The translations under genes were made by a program, and so were the position numbers. 64,000 nt of DNA from Malacoraja senta (Eukaryota). The stretch covers positions 6,760,001-6,824,000 of the forward strand of contig CM075992.1 of NCBI GenBank assembly GCA_038087875.1, written 5' to 3'. A model generated the notes under the pieces. The model searched no databases. It saw nothing but the letters and a program-made list of their open reading frames with translations, and had not been told where the DNA came from. This document shows, piece after piece, positions 1 through 64,000 of the stretch (its first letter is position 1; every line of letters starts with the position of its first letter).

Positions 1-1020
1 TCCCCCTCATGTTGCCCCTAAACGTTTGTCCCTTAATTCTCAAATCATGTCCTCTTGTTTGAATCTTCCCTACTCTCAATGGAAAAAGCTTATCCACGTC
101 AACTCTGTCTATCCATCCCATAATTTTCAAGACCTCTATCAAGTCCCCCCTTAACCTTCTGTGCTCCAAAGAATAAAGACGTATCTTGTTCAACCTTTCT
201 CTGTAACATAGGTGCTGAAACCCAGGCAACATTCTAGTAAATCTCCTCTGTACTCTCTCTATTTTGTTGACATCTTTCCTACATTATGCACATTATGCAC
301 ATAGCACATTATGCTATATTGCACCTTTTATTAATGAATATTTTATATAATGTATATGTCCATTGTCTATTTTTATTGGTACACTGTCTGTCTGTGTTAT
401 AAATATTACTTGCACATTGGAGTATGGAGAAACGCAATTTCAATCCTCTGTGTAACTACTTGTTACATTATTTGAATTGACAATAAAAAAAAAAATTACT
501 AATTACTATTACTATTACTATAATTTGGCGACCAAATTTGTACACCATACTCCAGAATTCTATGGGTAAGCTCCTTCTGAATTCAAACTATCAAGACCCG
601 TGTATCTTAAATTTCTGGATGAGCCTACCAGGAGGGAACTTGTGAAATACCTTGCTGAAATCAATATGTACTGCCATTATCCACTGCCCTTCCCTCATCG
701 ATCACCTTCATGACCACAAAAAAACTCAATCTAGTTTGTAAGACATGAACTGCCAAAACTATGCTCACTGTCCCCAATTAACCCATTCTCTTCCAATGAG
801 AATAAATGCTTTCCCAAAGGATCCTCTCCAATAGCTTCCCTACCAATGATGTGTGAATCTCCGGTCTATAATTTCCTGGATTATCCCGATTTCTTTTCTC
901 GAACAATGGAACAACATTGGCTACTGTCCAGTCCTCTGGGAACTTGCCAACAGCTAAAGAAGATACAAAAATCTTCGTCAAAGCCCCTCCAATCTCCTCT
1001 CTTGGCTTTCTCAATAATCT
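1..1020 (-). mobile_element. CR1-clade LINE fragments (3' region and RT N-terminal piece), interrupted by an AT-rich insert
   Basis: ORF 778-1014 has PEDWTVANVVPLFEK...PGNYRP, typical of CR1 ORF2. Confidence 0.75.
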
Positions 1021-1024
1021 GGTG

Positions 1025-1330
1025 CAGCATGGTGACGCAGTGGCAGAGTTGCAGCCTCACAGCGCCAGAGACCCGTGTTCGATCATGACTACAGGTGCTG
1101 TCTGTACAGAGTTTGTACGTTCTCCCCATGACCTGCGTGGGTTTTCCCCGGGTGCTCTGGTTTCCTCCCACACTCCAAAGACGTACACGTTTGTATGTTA
1201 ATTGACTTTGGTAAAATTATAAATTGCCCCTAGTGTGTGTAGGATTGTGTTAGTGTGCGGAGATCCCTGGTCGTGCAGACTCGGTGGGCCGAAGGGCCTG
1301 TTTCTGCTCTGTATCTCCAAAGTAAACTGA
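1025..1330 (+). mobile_element. tRNA-derived V-SINE (HE1-like); representative of more than 20 copies (e.g. near 2657, 9707, 11828, 15223, 22818, 29375-, 33385, 34326, 35449, 38620-, 44472, 45943, 56372, 59352-, 63127)
   Basis: Family consensus has tRNA-like A/B boxes (TGGCGCAGCGGTAGAG...GGTTCGATCC), a V-domain core (GAGTTTGTACGTTCTCCCC...TTTCCTCCCAC), a CR1-like 3' end GGGCCGAAGGGCCTG and a (CTAAA)n tail. Confidence 0.85.
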
Positions 1331-1824
1331 ACTAGTCTTATCAGGCCCTGGGATATAACCAATTAATTATCTTCAAAAGACTTAATGCTGCCTACTTTAG
1401 ATTTTTACTTTAGCAATACAGGGGGGAAATAGGCCCTTCGGCCCACCAACTCCACATCGACCAGCACACTAGGGACAATTTACAACTTTTTTACTGAAAC
1501 CATTTAACCTACAAACCTGTACGTCTTTGGATTGTGGGAGGAAACTGGAGCACTGGGAGAAAACCCACGTGGTCACAGGGAGAACATACAAACTCCATAC
1601 AGACAACACCCATAGTCAGTTGTTCAAGAAGGAACTGCAGTTGCTGGAAAATCGAAGGTATACAAAAGTGCTGGAGAAACTCAGCGGGTGCGGCAGCATC
1701 TATGGAGCCCATAGATCCCATAGTCAGGTTTGGAGCTGGTCATTGGCGCTGTGAGGCAGAAACTCTACCGCTGCGCCACCGTGCTGCATTAGATAATTTG
1801 AGTTTGATTTTGGGGGCGGTTGTT

Positions 1825-2030
1825 TGAGAGAGAGAGAGAGAGAGACAGTGAGAAATAGAGAGAGAGTGAAAGAGAGAGAAATAGAGATAAATAGAGAGAA
1901 TAGAGAAAGAAACAGAAAGGGAGAGAGTGAGAAATAGAGATAGAGAGAAATAGAGAGAGAGAGAGAAAGAAATAGTTGGAAATAGAGAGCGAGAGAGAGA
2001 GAGAGGGGGAGAAATAGAGACAGTGAGAGA
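1825..2030. repeat. GA-rich degenerate microsatellite
   Basis: (GA)n and GAAATAGA units. Confidence 0.9.
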
Positions 2031-5000
2031 TAGTAAGTAAGTAAGTTAATTTTATTTATATAGCACGTTTAAATCAACTTGCGTTGAAACCAAAGTGCTT
2101 TACGTAAAAGAAATAATAAAATAAATAATAAGGTTTCCGTACATCCATAGAAAAATAAAAAATCAGAAAAATGACATAACACATTATAGAATTCAACAAG
2201 AATTTCAAATTATTATTTTTTAAATAGAGAGACAGAGTGGAAAATAGAGAGGCAGGGAAAGAGACAGAGAAATAGCGAGGGAGTATGTTTTCCTGCGATT
2301 CTGCGGCCTGCCCTCCCATGGACAATAGCTGTCAACGAGACACAAATTGTGCCTGAAGTGTATGTGCCGGGTAGCCTACTTGTCAGTTCCAATCCACGCC
2401 TCACTGTGCAGCTGGCTGCACCTCAGTGCGTACCTAATCTAATCACCAAATTCCAATCCACTTCCCATTCTCTCCCCTTGCATCGAATTCCAGCACGATA
2501 AAGAATTTCCAACTGAGGACCTATCCATATCCTCATCCCATGAACAATTCTCCTCCCCAATTATTGCATGTACTTGGTGGAATCTGTGGCGTACCTAAAA
2601 CCTCGCTGAATTACATTTAATATTTCCACAGTAATGTTCTGTGCTGAGTAATTTAGGCGGCACAGTGTTCGACACAGCGGTAGAGTTGCTGTCTTACAGC
2701 GCCAGTCCCAGCTTCGATGCTGACTATGAAAGTTGTCTGCATGGAGTTTGCACGTTCTCCCTGTGACAGCATGAATTTTCTCCGGGCGCCCTGGTTTCCA
2801 CCCACACTCCAAAGACGTACAGGTTTGTAGGCTAATTGGCTTCTGTAAGTTGTAAATTGTCCCTCGTGTGTAGAATAGTGCTAGTGTACGGGGTGATCGT
2901 TGGTCAGCGCGGACTAGGTGGGCCGAAGGGCCTGTTTCCACGCTGTATATCTAAAACAGCGGTTCCCAACCTTTTTCGTCCAGTTTACCCCTGACAGATG
3001 TGGAAGGGTACACAGAGCTGTAAGGTGTGAAAAGGACAGATCAAAGCAGGCAATGTTCAAGGAAATGTTCCACGTTTAACCCCAAACCATTGTACATTTC
3101 CTTTAGCATTATCTGCTTTGATCTGTCCTTTTCACACCTTACAGCTCTGTACCCTTCCACATCTGCCAGGGGTAAACTGGACGAAAAAGGTTGGGAACCG
3201 CTGTTTTAGATATACAGCGTGGAAACAGGCCCTTCGGCCCACCTAGTCCGCGCTGACCAATGATCCCTCCCTAGACTCTCAGACTGAAGAAGGGTCTCGA
3301 CCTGAAATGTCACCCATTCCTTCTCTCCAGAGATGCAGTGTGACCGGTTGAGTGTCTCTCTTCAGCCAAGAACTTGCTGAGAAAGGCTAAGCACTCTGCA
3401 CGACCTATTCCTGTTCGTCTCACTAATGCTTTGTTCCTATGTTCCTTCCTGCACAGCTGAAGAGCCATGAATCACATGGGTCTCTGCAGAGCAGCCAACT
3501 GCAGATAATGTTCTCTGTGTGATTTCTCAAACAGTCGACTGATCCAGTGGGTGTAAGAAGGGTTTGAATTTGTGTGTACGTTTCGCACTTCATGGGAAGT
3601 CCAGAAGCAATGTGTGTGGGCAGTGTGTGAATGTAGGAAACGCAACAGCCAAACATTTCACACAGCGAGATCTCACAATCTGCAGTATGACAATGGCCAA
3701 GTTAGTCTTTTACGTTCAGACACCAGGGGATGGCACGGTGGCACAGCGGTAGAGTTGCTGCCTTACAGCGCCAGAGGCCCGGGTCCCATCCAGACTATGG
3801 GTGCTATCTGTGTGGAGTTTGCACGTTCTCTCTATGGCCATGTGAGTTTTCTCCGGTAGCTCCGGTTTCCTCCCACACGCCAAAGACATACAGGTTTGTA
3901 GGTTAATTGGCTTCTGCAAATTATTCCTACTGGGTAGGGTAGAACTAGAACCATCTTCTTCTTTCGTGTGTCGTGCACAGCCTAACGTTGTTGGACAACT
4001 TGTTCTATTTGATCTTCCGTTTGTGCACGTCGAGTTGATCTTCCACCCCAACTAGAACCTGAGGGGCAACTGTAACCACACAAATGGTGACGGGTTTATG
4101 GAACGAGCTGCCCGAGGAGGTAGTTGAGGTAGAAACTATCATAACGTTTAAAAGGCATTTGGACAGGTACATGGATAAGAAAGGTTTTCGAGTGATGTGG
4201 CCAAACGCAGGCAGGTGGGACTAGTGTAGATGAACATGGGCAAGCTGGGCCAAAGGGCCTGTTTTGCGCTGTATGACACTGGAGTTGACCAGGCAAATAT
4301 CTGCAGTACATTGTGTAGGAAGGAACTGCATATGCTGGTTTAAACTCGCCTGAAAAAGGGTCTCGACCCAAAACTTCATCCATTCCTTCTCTCCAGAGAT
4401 GCTGGCTGAGTTACTCCAGCTTTTTGTGTCTGTCTGCAGTACATTGTATAGGTGGTGCATATGGCAGCTACATACACGATGGGTGCAGGGAACAAAGGCT
4501 TATTGTGGCGGGTGGGGTGCCATGCAAGCAATTCCGCATGGTGTTAAAGCTGCCTGATCCAAGCAAGTGTGGAGTATTCCATTACACTTATAACTTGTGT
4601 CTTGTAGATGCTAAAAATACTTTAGTGTGTAAAAAACAATAGGGCACTCATCCCTAGATATCCAGCATCTGATGTGCTCTCTTTGATTGATTGTTTGACT
4701 GAAAGGCTCACAGATAGGCAAAATGCTGGAGTAATTCAGCGGGTCAGGCAGTATCTCTGGAGAACATGGATGGGTGATGTTTTCGGTCGGAACCCGTTCA
4801 GAGTCCACACTGATCATGGATCACCCGTTCACGCTAGTTCTATGTTAATAGACAATAGATGCAGGAGTAGGCCATTCGGCCCTTCGAGCCAGCACCGCCA
4901 TTCAATGTGATCATGGCTGATAATCCCCAATCAGTACCCCGTTCCTGCCTTCTCCCCATATCCCCTGACTCCGATATTTTTAAGAGCCCTATCTAGCTCT

Positions 5001-6517
5001 CTCTTGAAAGCATCCAGAGAACCTGCCTCCACCGCCCTCTGAGGCAGAGAATTCCACAGATTCACCACTCTGTGAGAAAAAGTGTTTCCTTGTCTCCGTT
5101 CTCAATGGCTTACTCCTTATTCTTAAACTCTGGCCCCTAAGACTACTCCTTATTCTTAAAATGTTATCCCACTTTCTCATCCACTCCCCACACACAAGGG
5201 GCAAATTTACAGAGGGCCAACACGTCGTTGGGACGTGGGAGGAAACCGGAGCACCCAAAGGTCACAGGGAGAACGTGCAATCTCCACACACAGACAGCTC
5301 CCAAAGTCAGGATTGAACCTGGGTCTCTGGCGCTGTGAGGCAGGGCTCTAGCCGCTGCGACACTGCTGACCTGTGGTGCTAGTGGGTGGTTTCTGTGGTG
5401 TTTGTGCACTCGTGAATGCTGGTGGTATGGGGACATGGTGATGACGGGGCTGGTGAACATCATGGGCGGGTGTCTGACTCTCTTTGGGTATGGACGTTGC
5501 CTGGCGCTTTAATTCGCAGATGTTACTTGTCAATTGGCATGCCATGTTGTGCTGCACATATATGCGTTTTACTAAGGCACAGCATGTTTTAGAACAGCTT
5601 ACCGAGTGTGCTCTTTGCCAAGTAAGGGAGTGAATTAGTCTCATTGTTCAATTTTCTTAACCTTGTAATTTTCATCTGCATTGGTAACCAGCATAAAGTG
5701 GTGACAATAATAGCCTTAACTTGCCAGGAAATTAATCATAGCATGGAAACAGGCCCTTCGGCTCAGCTTGCCCACGCCAACCAATATGCCCCATCAACAC
5801 TAGTCCCACCTGCCTGCGTTTGGCCCATATCCCTCTAAACCTGTCCTATCCATGTACCTGTCTAATTGTTTCTTAAATGTTGCAATAGTCCCTGCCTCAA
5901 CCACCTCCTTCCATACACCCACCACCCTTTGTGTGAAAAGGTTACCCCTCAGATTCCTATTAAATTTTTCACTTTAAACCGATGTCCTCTGGTTCTCTGA
6001 AGCAAGCAGCTGGAATATGTTAACTGAAAGCAGCTGAATAAAAATGAGGGGAACCTGAGAAAATAAATGAGTTAGTTTATTTAGTTTATTGTACTGTAGT
6101 CATGTACATAAGTGGAGTATCTATGGTGTATGGGCCTTGGTATGTAACAGACTGCTTTAAGGTAGGGGTATAGATCATTTACAAAATATTTAATTATTGG
6201 GATTTGAGTCATAAAATCAGAGTCAATTATTGGGATTAGAGTAATTACAGCTGGAAATAGGTCCTCGGCCCACTGACTCCATACCAACCATCCATTTACT
6301 GATTCTGAACCAATTTAGTCTGAAGAAGGGTCTCAACACGAAACTTTACCTATCCATGTTCTCCCAGGATGCTGCCTGACCCGCTGAGTTACTCCAGCGT
6401 TGTGTGTCTTTGTTTTGTAGACCAGCATTTGCAGTTCCTTGTCTCCACACTCTGTGGTTAAACCCTGTCTTTCTTTCTGTCGGCAGGCAGTGATTTGTCA
6501 GAGGGTGCTGCTGGAAG

Positions 6518-63035
<56,518 letters not shown>

Positions 63036-64000
63036 CCGTAATCACCGATGCTCCTCCACTGTCCTCTGCCAAACTTTGCTCATTTTCATTGCCTCTTGAG
63101 CCTTCCGCTACCTTACCGAAGCTTGGGCAGCACGGTGCAGTGGTAGAGCTGCTGCCTCCCAACGCCAGAGACACAGGTTCGATTCTGACGTCGGGTGCTG
63201 TCTGTACAGATTTCTCCCCGTATTTCCTCCCAGTAACCGCGTGGGTTTTCTCCGGATGCTCCGGTTTTCTCCCACACTAAAGATGTGCCGGTTTGTAAGT
63301 TAATTGGCATCAATAAAATTGTAAATTGTGTGTAGGATAGCCATAGTGTATGGGGGGGGGGGGGATCGCTGGTCAGTGCGGACTCAATGGGCTGAAGGCC
63401 TGTTTCCACGCTATATCTCTAAAGTCTAAAGTCTCCCTTGCTGTGCATAAAAGAAAGTGCTGGAGAACTCAGCGGCTCAGGCAGCATCTGTGGAGGGAAT
63501 GGACAGGTGATGTTTCAGGTCGGGACCATCTGTCAGGCTAATGGTGCTGGGATATTGTTCGGAACAAGGCGTATTCAACATATGCAACACAAAGACAGGC
63601 ACAGCTCAGACCCATTCGAGTGCCCTTGGCCGACTTTCAGATATAGAAAATAAAGAACGTACTATGTCAATATTCAATACCGCTGGGGAGTAAACTACCC
63701 AAGCGAAACTGAGGGGTGACTTCATTGAAAATTACCGAAAAGTGAAAGGCCTGGATAGAGCGGATGTAGGGAGGATGTTTCCACTATTGGGAGAGTCAAG
63801 AACTAGACGGCACAGCCTCAGAATAAAAGGACGTACCTTTAGAAAGGAGATGAGACAGAGTTTCTTTAGTCAAAGGGTGGTGAATCTGTGGAATTCGTTG
63901 CCACAGATGCTGTGGAGGCCAAGTTATTAAGTGGCGTCAAGTTTTTAAAGTGAATATTAACAGATTCTTGATTGGTACGGATGTCAGGGGTTATGGGGAG

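Noticed and set aside
1025..1100. tRNA genes
   Set aside because: The tRNA-like A/B boxes are SINE heads, each followed by the V-domain and a LINE-derived tail.
1..6486. SMARCA4 promoter or non-coding first exon
   Set aside because: No CpG island or clear donor-bounded exon is visible; probably upstream of the window.

Overview
Eukaryotic, repeat-dense vertebrate DNA. The repeat repertoire (V-SINE/HE1-like SINE with a CR1/HER1-like partner LINE) suggests a cartilaginous fish, probably a skate or ray; this is an inference. The window lies within one + strand gene, a SMARCA4 (BRG1)-like SWI/SNF ATPase. I traced 19 coding exons from the start ATG (6518) through the QLQ domain and the SNF2 ATPase/helicase-C lobes to the EEDEVPDDE exon (62546-62623); the gene continues past the window. 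The exons for the HSA/BRK region are absent, most likely lost in the 200-N gap at 16812-17011. The helicase motif-V exon carries a 7-nt frameshifting insertion, and several normally conserved ATPase residues are substituted. The introns contain a full-length Rex1/Babar-like LINE with a TSD inside a minisatellite, and a structurally complete but decayed DIRS1-like tyrosine-recombinase retrotransposon (ITR, ICR, methyltransferase-like ORF) that splits a SINE. They also hold Harbinger-type MITEs, young CR1 fragments and Penelope and Vingi-like remnants. An abundant fold-back short element carries a minimal hammerhead-ribozyme core (CTGAAGA-stem-GAAACGTC). Two frame-preserving candidate cassette exons were also found.
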